64,000 bases of DNA from Bordetella parapertussis (GCA_945864585.1 CAMBCF010000008.1:5689-69688), one strand, 5' to 3'. Positions 19,418-29,118 are shown, counted from the first letter of the stretch. Notes: generated from the sequence alone by a model not told the origin. A program made the numbers and translations.

Positions 19418-20949
19418 ACGAATTCGAGCAGCGGCTTGCCGGTCATCTCCACGGGCTGCGGCAGGCCCATCATTTTGAGCAGCGTGGGCGCCACATCCTG
19501 CAGCGCGCCGCCGCTGGCGGCTTTGGCGCGGCGGCCGATGTAGAGCAGTGGCACCTGGTTGAGGGTGTGCGCGGTGTGTGCTTGCCGGGTAGTGGTGTCG
19601 AGCATGGTTTCGGCATTACCGTGATCGGCCGTGATCAGCACTTCGCCGCCGCTGGCCTGCATGGCTTCGCCCGCGCGACCGATGCATTCGTCCAGCACTT
19701 CTATCGCGCGGATTGCCGCGGCGAGATCGCCGGTGTGGCCCACCATGTCGCCGTTGGCGAAGTTGCAGATGATGGCGGCGTATTGGCGGCTTTGAATCGC
19801 CGCCACCAGTTTGTCAGTGACTTCGCGCGCGCTCATCTCCGGTTGCAAATCATAGGTGGCGACTTTGGGCGACGGCACCATCACGCGGTCTTCACCGGCG
19901 TAAGGCGTTTCCACGCCGCCGTTGAAAAAGTAAGTCACGTGCGCATACTTTTCCGTTTCGGCGATACGCAACTGCTTTAATCCGTGCGCCGCCAGATATT
20001 CGCCCAAGCCTAGGCTGATTTGCTGCGGCGGATACGCCGCGGGAAGCGCGGCGAAATCCTCGCCGTAGGCGGTGAGTGTGCACAAATACCCCAGCCGGGG
20101 CGCGTGCTCGCGCGCAAAGCCGGTGAACGTCGCATGGGTAAGCGCATGGGTCATCTGCCGCGCACGATCGGCGCGAAAATTCATGAACACCACCGCGTCT
20201 CCGTCATGCATGCGCACCGGTTTGCTGCCCGGCGGCACTATGGCGGTAGGCTGCACGAACTCATCGCTTTCCCCGCGCAGATCGGCGAGCAGATAGGCGT
20301 CGCTGGCGGAGGCTGCCCAGAATTCGGATTGGCCCTGCGTCATCACGTCATACGCGGGTTTGACGCGCTCCCAGCGCTGATCGCGATCCATCGCATAATA
20401 GCGACCGCAAACGGTCGCGATGCGTCCGGCATTGAGCGCCTCGAACTTCTGCTGCAGCGCCGCCAGCGACGGTGCGGCACTTTTCGGCGGCGTGTCGCGG
20501 CCATCGAGAAAGGCATGGACGTAAATGTTTTTGACGCCGGCTTGCGCAGCCATGTCCACCAGTTCGTGTATCTGCGACTCGTGGCTGTGTACACCACCGG
20601 GCGATAACAAGCCCAGCACGTGCAGCGCGTTGCGCTTGCCGATTTCAATCGCCTTCAATAGCACCGGGTTCCTGCGAAACTCGCCGCTTTCAATCGCGCG
20701 CTCGATCTTGGTGTAATCCTGATACACCACGCGGCCGGCGCCGATGCTCATGTGGCCGACTTCGGAGTTGCCCATCTGCCCGCTGGGCAGGCCCACCATT
20801 TTTTCCGAGGCGTCGATGAGGGTGTGGGGATGGGTCTGCCACAAAAAATTCCAGTGCGGTTTACGCGCCTGGCAAATGGCGTTGTACTCGCAGTCTTCGC
20901 GGTGACCGAAGCCGTCGAGTATGAGCAGTAAAACCGGGGTAATGGTCAC
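19414..20949 (-). CDS. gpmI: 2,3-bisphosphoglycerate-independent phosphoglycerate mutase
   Basis: LLILDGFG, QMGNSEVGH, DGRDT, AETEKYAHVT, TADHGNAE. Confidence 0.97.
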   Translation of the reverse strand: MTITPVLLLILDGFGHREDCEYNAICQARKPHWNFLWQTHPHTLIDASEKMVGLPSGQMGNSEVGHMSIGAGRVVYQDYTKIERAIESGEFRRNPVLLKAIEIGKRNALHVLGLLSPGGVHSHESQIHELVDMAAQAGVKNIYVHAFLDGRDTPPKSAAPSLAALQQKFEALNAGRIATVCGRYYAMDRDQRWERVKPAYDVMTQGQSEFWAASASDAYLLADLRGESDEFVQPTAIVPPGSKPVRMHDGDAVVFMNFRADRARQMTHALTHATFTGFAREHAPRLGYLCTLTAYGEDFAALPAAYPPQQISLGLGEYLAAHGLKQLRIAETEKYAHVTYFFNGGVETPYAGEDRVMVPSPKVATYDLQPEMSAREVTDKLVAAIQSRQYAAIICNFANGDMVGHTGDLAAAIRAIEVLDECIGRAGEAMQASGGEVLITADHGNAETMLDTTTRQAHTAHTLNQVPLLYIGRRAKAASGGALQDVAPTLLKMMGLPQPVEMTGKPLLEFV

Positions 20950-20982
20950 TATTTGTTCACTATTTGTTTACGATTTGTTTAC
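20947..20982. repeat. 11-bp tandem repeat over the gpmI start
   Basis: Minus strand GTAAACAAATC GTAAACAAATA GTGAACAAATA GTG(start). Confidence 0.75.
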
Positions 20983-21070
20983 TGAGGGATCACGATAGGC
21001 TCATGTTTTCATTGGTAAATTACTGAGCAACCGCATACGGTATAATTCTATCCCATTTCAGGAGTTCGCC

Positions 21071-21514
21071 TTGGAGCAGTTTTTCGCAACGTTTTTCATC
21101 TACCTGCAAAAAAGTCCGCTTAATATGGTGTTGTTCGGTTTGGCGGTTACTTCCGCCGGCATGCTGTTGTTTCCGATGCTTACGCGGGGCATGCGTCCAG
21201 GCGCCGAGGTGGGGCCGACGGAAGCGGTAACGCTGATTAACCGTAAAGACGCGACGGTGATTGACGTTCGCGACGAAGGCGAATTCGCCGGCGGCCACAT
21301 CAACAACGCGCGCCACATACCCGAAAAGCAGCTCGCCGGGCGCATCAAAGAGCTGGAGAAATTTAAAACCAAACTCTTGATTGTCAGTTGCGCCAGCGGG
21401 CGGCGGGCGGCGGCCGTTAGTGACAGCTTGCGCAAACAGGGCTTTACCGACGTGGTGGCTTTACGCGGGGGCATCGGCGCGTGGGTGCAAGCCGGCATGC
21501 CGCTTGAAAAATAA
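21071..21514 (+). CDS. Rhodanese-like membrane-anchored protein (YibN-like)
   Basis: N-terminal TM, IDVRD.GEFAGGHI, LRGGIGAW; TTG start after AGGAG. Confidence 0.88.
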   Translation: MEQFFATFFIYLQKSPLNMVLFGLAVTSAGMLLFPMLTRGMRPGAEVGPTEAVTLINRKDATVIDVRDEGEFAGGHINNARHIPEKQLAGRIKELEKFKTKLLIVSCASGRRAAAVSDSLRKQGFTDVVALRGGIGAWVQAGMPLEK

Positions 21515-21550
21515 TTTCTAAACGAATATCTACTTACCATCAGGGATGTC

Positions 21551-21808
21551 ATGGCTAAAGTTTTGATGTACAGCACGGCAGTTTGACCGTACTGCGTATC
21601 CGCGGAGCGGCTACTGGCAAACAAAGGCGTTGCACAAGTCGAAAAGGTGTATATCGATCGTGATCCCGCGCGCCGCGCCGAAATGATGGAAAAAACCGGA
21701 CGGCGCACGGTGCCGCAAATCTACATCGGCGACACCCATGTGGGCGGCTATGACGACCTGTCCGCGCTGGATCGCGCCGGCGGGCTTGACGCGCTGCTGG
21801 CGACATAA
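21551..21808 (+). CDS. grxC: Glutaredoxin 3 with in-frame TGA at the catalytic position (candidate selenoprotein, UPYC)
   Basis: MAKVLMYSTAV*PYCVSAERLLANKG...TGRRTVPQIYIGDTHVGGYDDL; TGA at 21584-21586; rhodanese-grxC-secB-gpsA synteny. Confidence 0.9.
21593..21619 (+). promoter_or_regulatory. Putative bacterial SECIS element
   Basis: TGC-GTA-T-CCGC[GGA]GCGG-C-TAC-(TG)-GCA; apical loop begins with G, 17 nt after the UGA. Confidence 0.6.
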
Positions 21809-21848
21809 CACTGCACACTATCACTTAAAAAAAGCGAAAGTATTTGTA

Positions 21849-22343
21849 ATGAGCGAACAAGCGCAGCAACCGCCGTCTCCACCGGACACCACGCAGCCGA
21901 TTTTCAGCATCGAAAAGATCTATCTGAAGGACATGTCGCTGGAAGCGCCCGGCACGCCCAAGATTTTTTTGCTCAACGAAACACCGCAGGTCGAGGTGAA
22001 CATACACACCGCTGCCACTGTGGTTGAAGCCGGCGCACTCTACGAAGTCGTGCTCACTGCGACCATTACGGCGAAGCTGCCCGAACGCACGGTGTTTCTG
22101 GTTGAGGTGGCGCAGGCGGGTTTGTTTCATATCCGCAATCTGCCGCCGCAGGATCTGGATGCCGTGCTCGGCATACTGTGCCCCACCACGCTTTTGCCGT
22201 ATGCACGCGAAGCGGTGTCGAGCACCATCGCGCGCGCGGGGTTCCCGCCGGTGATTCTGCATCACATGGATTTCAACCAGGTCTACGCGCAAGCCGCGCA
22301 ACAGCAGGCGGGCCAGCAGCCCGCGCCGTCGCAGGTGAATTGA
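21849..22343 (+). CDS. secB: Protein-export chaperone SecB
   Basis: FSIEKIYLKDMSLEAP, EVAQAGLF, CPTTLLPYARE, GFPP. Confidence 0.95.
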   Translation: MSEQAQQPPSPPDTTQPIFSIEKIYLKDMSLEAPGTPKIFLLNETPQVEVNIHTAATVVEAGALYEVVLTATITAKLPERTVFLVEVAQAGLFHIRNLPPQDLDAVLGILCPTTLLPYAREAVSSTIARAGFPPVILHHMDFNQVYAQAAQQQAGQQPAPSQVN

Positions 22344-22344
22344 C

Positions 22345-22797
22345 ATGTTGCGCCGCGCCGCGTTCGCTTTGTTGCTGGTGCTGGGGGCGTCAGCCGCGCT
22401 CGTTGCAAGGGCTGCGGAATTTCGTGCGGCCGCCGAGGACGCTGTGGTGCTTTTCGATGCGCCCTCGGCGCAATCGCAAAAACGCTTTATCGTCAGCCAG
22501 GGTTATCCGCTGGAAGTGATCGTGGTGCTGCAGGGCTGGATCAAGGTGCGTGACGCCAGCGGCGCGCTGAGCTGGGTCGAAGCGGGTAAAGTGTCGAACA
22601 AGCAGCGCACCGTGATGGTGAAAGCGCCGCTCGCGCAAATCCGCCAGGCGGCGGATGACAATGCGCCGGTGGTGTTTCAGGCGCAGCAACACGTGGTGAT
22701 GGAACTCAGCGAAGTCGTCGCCGGCGGCTGGCTGCGCGTGCGTCATCGCGACGGCGCTGCCGGCTTCGTGCGCGTCGGGCAGGTGTGGGGCGTCTGA
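22345..22797 (+). CDS. Exported tandem SH3-domain protein
   Basis: Signal peptide, WIKVRDASG..SWV and WLRVRHRDG..GFV repeats, QVWG end. Confidence 0.85.
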   Translation: MLRRAAFALLLVLGASAALVARAAEFRAAAEDAVVLFDAPSAQSQKRFIVSQGYPLEVIVVLQGWIKVRDASGALSWVEAGKVSNKQRTVMVKAPLAQIRQAADDNAPVVFQAQQHVVMELSEVVAGGWLRVRHRDGAAGFVRVGQVWGV

Positions 22798-22807
22798 CCG
22801 CAAGCGG

Positions 22808-23788
22808 ATGAACATCGCCGTACTCGGTGCGGGTGCGTGGGGCACCGCGATATCGGTGCATCTTGCCGCCCGCCACCGCGTGACGCTGTGGGCGCGGGAC
22901 CCGGCACAGGCAGCGGCGATGCAGGCCGATCGCCAAAACCGCCGTTACCTTCAAGGCGTTACGCTACCGGCTGGTGTCGCGCTTACCGCCGATGCGGGCG
23001 TCGCCTTGCGCGATGCGTCGCTGGTGCTGGTTGCAGTGACCAGCGGCGGATTGCGTGAAACCCTGCAGCGTATCAAGTCCGCGCACTGTACTGCGCCGCT
23101 GTTATGGCTGTGCAAGGGCTTCGAGCGCGAGCATGCGCTGTTGCCGCATCAGGTGTGCGCGAGCACTTTGCCGCAGGCGGTGTGCGGCGTGTTGTCCGGC
23201 CCCAGCTTCGCCGAAGAAGTCGCGCGCGGGCAGCCGACGGCGCTGACCCTGGCTTCTACGGATGAGGCGTTTGCCAGCGCCACCGCGCGCGAGCTGCACG
23301 GCGGATCGCTGCGCGTGTATTCGAGCAGCGATGTGGTCGGCGTTGAAGTCGCGGGTGCGGTAAAAAACGTGATGGCCATCGCCACCGGCATCTGCGACGG
23401 ACTGCGTCTGGGCCTGAACGCGCGCGCGGCGTTGATGACCCGCGGCCTGGCGGAAATTGCGCGGCTCGGGGTCGCACTCGGCGGACGCGCTGAAACGTTC
23501 ATGGGACTTGCCGGCGTGGGCGATTTGATACTCACCTGCACCGGCGATCTGTCGCGCAACCGGCGCGTGGGTCTGCGCCTCGCCGCAGGCACACCGCTGG
23601 CGCAGATACTCGGCGACTTAGGCCATGTCGCTGAAGGCGTCTACAGCGCGCGCGAAGTCGCGCGCATTGCCAAAGCGCACGCAATCGAAGTGCCGATCAC
23701 CGATGCCGTATGCCGCGTGCTGGATGCGCCACAATCCGCAGCGCAGGTCGCCCGGGGGCTGCTGGAGCGCGACCCAAAATCCGAGTGA
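22808..23788 (+). CDS. gpsA: NAD(P)H-dependent glycerol-3-phosphate dehydrogenase
   Basis: GAGAWGTA, LSGPSFA, KNVMAIA, GDLILTCTGDLSRNR. Confidence 0.96.
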   Translation: MNIAVLGAGAWGTAISVHLAARHRVTLWARDPAQAAAMQADRQNRRYLQGVTLPAGVALTADAGVALRDASLVLVAVTSGGLRETLQRIKSAHCTAPLLWLCKGFEREHALLPHQVCASTLPQAVCGVLSGPSFAEEVARGQPTALTLASTDEAFASATARELHGGSLRVYSSSDVVGVEVAGAVKNVMAIATGICDGLRLGLNARAALMTRGLAEIARLGVALGGRAETFMGLAGVGDLILTCTGDLSRNRRVGLRLAAGTPLAQILGDLGHVAEGVYSAREVARIAKAHAIEVPITDAVCRVLDAPQSAAQVARGLLERDPKSE

Positions 23789-23846
23789 AGCGCAGCGCTG
23801 TCTCGCCAAAATACAACCACACCGCACCTAAAACAGGATTTCCGCT

Positions 23847-24800
23847 GTGAGCATCACGCCGCAAGACGCCGATTTCATTCGCCGCCGCGTATGGCGCGCG
23901 ATTTCGAGCAATCGTGCGCCGGGGATGAATTTCGCCGGCTATTTTCTCGGCTTCACGCCGCGGCGCTTCGCAACCGACGGCGTTGAATTCACGCTCGAAG
24001 CCGCGCCCCATTGCACGGACGCCGACGGCATCGTCAATCGCGCGGCGCTGCTGTTCGCCGCCGACATGACGCTGGCGGCGGCGAATCGGGTGTTTCTAAA
24101 TCCGAACGTGCGCACCGCCACGCTGATGATCCGAGTGGAGTTCACCGGCGAACCCGCGCGCGGCGTGCTCGAGGCCAGCGCGCGCGGCAGCGGCTTTTCG
24201 CCGCGTACCGCATTGCCGGAAAGTGTGTGCGCGGGGCGCATTGTTTGCAACGCCCGCGAAGTGATGCGCATGTCGGGCACCTGGGTATCGCCGCCGGCGC
24301 CCAAGGGCGCGGTGATGCAGGGCCTGCCGTGGGAAGGCGGGCAGGATGGCGCGCAATGGCCTTTGCTCAAAAAGAAGGATCTCGATGCTGCGGAAAAAGC
24401 GCTGCTCCGCCGCGTCGAGAAAGCCCTGCGCACGGCAACCAACGGCGACTTGCTCGCGATCCTGTGCGGCCCGGTGGTCAAACGCACGTCCAGCGGCGCC
24501 AGCGGCCGGCTGCCGGTGGGCATGCCTGTGGGAAACCGCGTCGGCCACGTGCAGGGCGGATTTTTGATTAACGCCGCGCTCGCCACAGCAGAAGCCGCGG
24601 TGCCAGAGCATCCCATCCTCACCGGCGCCTCGGCCTGGTACATCAGCCCCGGCATGGGCAAAGTCATCACCTCGCGCTCAACCCTCCTGCAAAGCGGCCG
24701 CAACGTCGCGGTGGTGCGCACCGAGTTGTTCGCGGCCGGGCGCAAGCGGGTGCTGGAAGTGGTTTCCAATCATGCGGTGGGGGCGCGGGATGGAGCGTAG
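23847..24800 (+). CDS. Tandem hotdog-fold (PaaI-like thioesterase) protein
   Basis: Two hotdog-like halves, GNRVGHVQGG motif. Confidence 0.65.
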   Translation: MSITPQDADFIRRRVWRAISSNRAPGMNFAGYFLGFTPRRFATDGVEFTLEAAPHCTDADGIVNRAALLFAADMTLAAANRVFLNPNVRTATLMIRVEFTGEPARGVLEASARGSGFSPRTALPESVCAGRIVCNAREVMRMSGTWVSPPAPKGAVMQGLPWEGGQDGAQWPLLKKKDLDAAEKALLRRVEKALRTATNGDLLAILCGPVVKRTSSGASGRLPVGMPVGNRVGHVQGGFLINAALATAEAAVPEHPILTGASAWYISPGMGKVITSRSTLLQSGRNVAVVRTELFAAGRKRVLEVVSNHAVGARDGA

Positions 24801-25004
24801 GCGACGGGCAAGGTCCCATTGCTCGCATTAGCATCAGGAAAACCGCGCTACGGGTGCTTTTGCTACCTCGTCGGTTGAGACCTTTGTTCGCGCGGAGTCA
24901 GTACTTGTTGAATAACTTTCAAATCTTGCATGCTGGTCCGAGGGGTAAATCCGCCGACATAAGTTGTGTGTTGAAATGTTTCCGCTTCATACTCATCTTG
25001 AAGT

Positions 25005-25259
25005 TCACCATGGATACCGTATGTGGTGCAGCGCGCGGCCTTTGCCCCATTGGCCGCGTACGCTGCGCAGTTCGCCGGCATCGGGGTAGATGTCCTGGAA
25101 AATGTGGCGGTTGATAGCGCGCAGATGGGCTACGTCGAATGCGCCTTGTATTGGGCGTTCTTGAAGTTCCTGAATGCGTGACTTAGCGAGATCGCCTTCG
25201 GCACGAGCGAGCGCTTCGGGATCAACGATCCCGAGAAGATTACGCCGCGCATCGGACAT
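25005..25259 (-). pseudogene. Truncated FicT/VbhT-type Fic toxin
   Basis: NLLGIVDPEALARAE, FDVAHLRAINRHIFQDIYPDAGELRSV; ends before any HPFxxGNGR motif. Confidence 0.75.
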
Positions 25260-25458
25260 GTCGCGCAAGCGCGCGTTTCGTCACTTCGTCTACCGTAATT
25301 TCGCCGCGAATATAGGCGGCACTATCAGCGTCATGATCCGCCGAAACCGTAAAACCTTCCAACGCCACGCTCGCTGTTGCTTCACGCACGTTGCGTTCAC
25401 GTTGCTTGCGCGCGCGTGCGGCTTCTTTTTCATTCGCGACTTCACTCATTTTGCCCAT
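25240..25458 (-). CDS. VbhA/FicA-type antitoxin
   Basis: SVALEG fits the (S/T)xxxE(G/N) inhibitory motif; YIRGEITVDE; directly upstream of the Fic fragment. Confidence 0.75.
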   Translation of the reverse strand: MGKMSEVANEKEAARARKQRERNVREATASVALEGFTVSADHDADSAAYIRGEITVDEVTKRALARHVRCAA

Positions 25459-25597
25459 GATTTCGCTCCTGTTTACGCTGACAGTATACCGTGTACATCG
25501 CTTTGGGGTAATGGCATTTACGCTTGCGGAATTATGTCGTAAGCCTTTGTTTTTATTTAATTTTATAGCCGTCTGCCATGCCCTAAAACGCGCTATT

Positions 25598-26062
25598 TCA
25601 GGCCCCCGCGGCAAACCCCAGCTGCCGCCAGGCCTCGTACACAACCACCGCCACCGCATTGGATAAATTAATACTGCGCGTCGCTGTGCGCATGGGGATG
25701 CGTAGGCGTTGTTCCGCCGGCAGTGCCTCGATCAACGGCTGCGGCAAACCGCGGCTTTCAGGGCCGAATACGAACACATCGTTTTCGCGATACGCGGGCG
25801 CATCATGCCGCTGCAGGCCGCGCGTGGTTACCGCGAATAACCGTTGTCCGGCGAAATGAACTTGGCACGCGTTCCAGTCTTCGTGAATAGTGACATCCGC
25901 GAACTCGCGGTAATCCATGCCGGCGCGCGCGAGATGTTTGTGCGAGATGGAAAACCCCAGCGGTTTGACCAGATGCAAGCGCGCGCCGGTATTGACGGCG
26001 AGGCGCATGGCGTTGCCGGTGTTGGGCGGAATCTCCGGCTGGTAGAGAACGATGTCAAACAT
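25598..26062 (-). CDS. trmL: tRNA (cytidine/uridine-34 2'-O)-methyltransferase
   Basis: PEIPPNTGN, AGMDY, FGPESRGLP, SINLSNAV. Confidence 0.95.
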   Translation of the reverse strand: MFDIVLYQPEIPPNTGNAMRLAVNTGARLHLVKPLGFSISHKHLARAGMDYREFADVTIHEDWNACQVHFAGQRLFAVTTRGLQRHDAPAYRENDVFVFGPESRGLPQPLIEALPAEQRLRIPMRTATRSINLSNAVAVVVYEAWRQLGFAAGA

Positions 26063-26810
26063 CGGGCGCGCGCTGTCTGAACGCATCCGGCAGCGTGCGC
26101 GCAACCATCAGCCCGGTGACGCGCGACGCGCCTGCGCGCTTCAAATTGCGCGCGAGTTCGTTAAGCGTGGCGCCGGTGGTCATCACGTCATCGACGACGG
26201 CGACGTGAAGGCCTGCGAAATCTTCGTCGCAGACGAAGGCTTTGCGCACGTTTTTCGCACGTTCCTTCCACGGCAGCGCAGCCTGCGGCGCGGTGTCGCG
26301 CACTTTGCGGCAGGCACGCGGCATGAGCGTTATGCCGGTGATTTTTGCGACGTGGCGCGCGATTTCCTGCGCCTGATTGAAGCCGCGTTCGCGCAGACGC
26401 GCATCCGCCAAGGGCATGGGAACGATTACGTCGGGGCGTTCGTCGAGGCTTTTTGCAATGGCGCTGCCGAACAGCGGCGCCACCGCCAGCAGGCTGCGAT
26501 ATTTGAGTGCCTGCACCAGTGCGTCAGCTGGAAAGGCGTAGGTAAACGGCGCGCACACATGGTCGTAGGCGGGCGGTTCACTGAGGCACCTGCCGCAGCG
26601 TGTGCCGGCGGTTACCGGCAATGCGCAGGTGTCGCAGCGCCCCCCGTGCGCGCCCGCAAGCCGCGGCAGGTCGGTGTCGCATGGCGCGCACAGCAAAGCG
26701 CCGGCGCTGGGGCCGCTGCATAACAGGCACGACGGTGCAATCAGGTGTTGTATAAAATTTGCACACCTGACCAAAAAACTCGTCTGTAAATTTGACAATG
26801 GAGACTTCAT
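26055..26810 (-). CDS. comF: ComF family protein (Zn ribbon + PRTase domain)
   Basis: CxxC repeats, RGFNQA, VDDVMTTGAT; divergent from bioB. Confidence 0.9.
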   Translation of the reverse strand: MKSPLSNLQTSFLVRCANFIQHLIAPSCLLCSGPSAGALLCAPCDTDLPRLAGAHGGRCDTCALPVTAGTRCGRCLSEPPAYDHVCAPFTYAFPADALVQALKYRSLLAVAPLFGSAIAKSLDERPDVIVPMPLADARLRERGFNQAQEIARHVAKITGITLMPRACRKVRDTAPQAALPWKERAKNVRKAFVCDEDFAGLHVAVVDDVMTTGATLNELARNLKRAGASRVTGLMVARTLPDAFRQRAPDV

Positions 26811-26850
26811 TACGGATGATGCAAGTTGTTAAATGTATTGAGTTTTCGCC

Positions 26851-27840
26851 ATGGACACTGCTCATTCCTCCGCGCCAGCAGCCAGCGCCGCGAACATCCC
26901 CATCGCGGGCTGGAGCGTGGATCAAGTCGCCGCACTCCTGGAGCTGCCGCTGAATGATCTCATTTATCGTGCACAGACGGTTCATCGCGCGCATTTCGAC
27001 GCCAACGCGGTGCAGCGCTCCACCCTGTTGTCGATCAAGACCGGCGGCTGCCCCGAAGACTGCGGTTATTGTCCGCAGGCGGCGCGCTATCACACCGGCG
27101 TGGACAATGAAGACATGCTGTCGCTTGCACAAGTAGTGGCGGCAGCGCAATGCGCCAAAGAAAATGGCGCGACGCGTTTTTGCATGGGCGCGGCGTGGCG
27201 CGGGCCGAAACAGCGTGACCTCGACAAAGTGGTCGAAATGGTGCGCGCTGTTCGTGAGCTGGGTATGGAAACCTGCGCCACGCTGGGCATGCTCAAGGCG
27301 GGTCAGGCGGAACAATTAAAAACCGCGGGTCTCGATTACTACAACCACAACATCGATACCGCGCCGGAGTTTTACGGCGAAATTATTACCACGCGCACGC
27401 AGCAGGATCGGCTGGATACGCTGTCGCGCGTGCGTGATGCCGGTATGCATGTGTGTTGCGGGGGCATCGTGGGCATGGGCGAAACGCGGCGTGCGCGCGC
27501 GGCGCTGATTGTGCAGTTGGCGAATATGGATCCGTATCCCGAGTCGGTGCCGATCAACCATCTGGTGCAGGTGGCAGGCACGCCGCTGCACGGCATCGAG
27601 CAACTCGATTTGCTGGAGTTTGTGCGCACCGTGGCGTGCGCGCGCATCACCATGCCCAAAGCGATGGTGCGCCTGTCGGCGGGACGCCAGGAAATGCCCG
27701 AAGGCATCCAGGCGCTGTGTTTTCTGGCGGGAGCCAATTCGATTTTTTATGGTGAAAAACTGTTGACTACCGGCAATCCCGAAGTCGAACGCGATCAGGC
27801 TTTGTTTGCAAAGCTGGGCCTTAAGCCGCTGGTTCGCTGA
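26851..27840 (+). CDS. bioB: Biotin synthase
   Basis: [28 protein letters not shown]. Confidence 0.97.
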   Translation: MDTAHSSAPAASAANIPIAGWSVDQVAALLELPLNDLIYRAQTVHRAHFDANAVQRSTLLSIKTGGCPEDCGYCPQAARYHTGVDNEDMLSLAQVVAAAQCAKENGATRFCMGAAWRGPKQRDLDKVVEMVRAVRELGMETCATLGMLKAGQAEQLKTAGLDYYNHNIDTAPEFYGEIITTRTQQDRLDTLSRVRDAGMHVCCGGIVGMGETRRARAALIVQLANMDPYPESVPINHLVQVAGTPLHGIEQLDLLEFVRTVACARITMPKAMVRLSAGRQEMPEGIQALCFLAGANSIFYGEKLLTTGNPEVERDQALFAKLGLKPLVR

Positions 27841-27956
27841 GTGTTTAGTGTTGAATTTTGAGTGATGAGTTGTCGATGGTTGAGAGCGCGATCGTGAAAA
27901 CCTCGCTAAAATAGCAGTGCCCAACTCAACACTCAACACTCAGCACTCAACACTGG
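27838..27956. repeat. Inverted pair of heptamer arrays (TGAGTGT / ACACTCA)
   Basis: Five units at 27838-27872 and five complementary units at 27922-27956. Confidence 0.85.
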
Positions 27957-29116
27957 CGGCTGACCTCGCGGCACTCGACGCAAAAGGCCTGCGCCGCCGC
28001 CGCCGCACGCTTGACACGGCGCAAAGTGCGCAGGTTACCGTCGATGGCAAGAATTACCTCGCGTTTTGCAGCAACGATTATCTGGGTCTTGCCAACCATC
28101 CCGAGTTGATTGCCGCCGCGCAGGCAGGCGCAACGCAGTATGGCGTGGGCGCCGGCGCGTCGCATCTGGTGCTGGGACATATGCGCGCGCATGACGAATT
28201 GGAGCAGCAACTGGCGGCGTTCGTCGGCTTGCCGCGCGCGCTGCTGTTTTCAACGGGCTACATGGCCAATTTGGGCATTGTGACCGCACTGCTGGGGCGT
28301 GAAGACGCGGTGTTTGCCGACCGGCTGAATCATGCTTCGCTCAACGACGCGTGTTTGCTGGCGCGCGCGCAGTTCAAGCGTTATGCGCACCATGACCTGG
28401 CACAACTGGAGCGCCTGCTTGCTGCGACCAAGGCGCGCCGCAAATTGATTGTTGTGGATGCGGTGTTCAGCATGGATGGCGACATTGCGCCGGCACCGGC
28501 GCTGCTCGCGCTCGCCGAGCGTTATGACGCGTGGCTGCTGCTCGACGATGCACATGGCTTTGGCGTGCTGGGCGCGGGCGGGCGCGGCGTGCTGGAACAT
28601 TTTGATATGCGTTGCACCTCGCGCATTATTTACATGGCGACACTGGGCAAGGCGGCGGGGGTTTTCGGCGCGTTTGTCGCGGGGCACGACACGCTGATCG
28701 AAACGCTGATGCAGCGCGCGCGCACCTACATCTATACCACGGCGATGCCGCCGATGCTGGCGTGTGCGGTGTCGAAAAGTTTAGTCTTGATTGCCGCTGG
28801 CGCGCCGCTGCGCAAACGTTTGTCGGAAAATATTATTCAATTAAAACAAATGCTTGCTCATGGCCAACCGGAGAGCTGGCGGCTGCTGCCTTCGCTAACT
28901 GCGATACAACCGCTGGTGATCGGCGACAACCGCGCCGCGACCGAAGTCGCAGAAAAACTCGCCGCGCGTGGGGTGCTGGTTCCCGCCATTCGTCCGCCGA
29001 CGGTGCCACCAGGCACGGCGCGGCTGCGGATATCGTTGTCGGCAGCGCACACGGCTGAGGACGTGCGGGTACTGTGCCATGCACTGTGTGACGTAACCCA
29101 GTCGGTTCTTCATTAA
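27917..29116 (+). CDS. bioF: 8-amino-7-oxononanoate synthase
   Basis: FCSNDYLGLA, NHASLND, DDAHG, TLGKA, IRPPTVP. Confidence 0.95.
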   Translation: MPNSTLNTQHSTLAADLAALDAKGLRRRRRTLDTAQSAQVTVDGKNYLAFCSNDYLGLANHPELIAAAQAGATQYGVGAGASHLVLGHMRAHDELEQQLAAFVGLPRALLFSTGYMANLGIVTALLGREDAVFADRLNHASLNDACLLARAQFKRYAHHDLAQLERLLAATKARRKLIVVDAVFSMDGDIAPAPALLALAERYDAWLLLDDAHGFGVLGAGGRGVLEHFDMRCTSRIIYMATLGKAAGVFGAFVAGHDTLIETLMQRARTYIYTTAMPPMLACAVSKSLVLIAAGAPLRKRLSENIIQLKQMLAHGQPESWRLLPSLTAIQPLVIGDNRAATEVAEKLAARGVLVPAIRPPTVPPGTARLRISLSAAHTAEDVRVLCHALCDVTQSVLH

Positions 29117-29118
29117 CG

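Noticed and set aside
25002-25010. Sec read-through of the TGA ending the Fic fragment
   Set aside because: Not at a Cys-equivalent position; another TGA follows three codons later and Fic similarity is already lost
26745-26850. BirA operator upstream of bioB
   Set aside because: TGTAAA and TTGACAA half-site-like words are present but not as the TGTAAACC-N14/15-GGTTTACA palindrome
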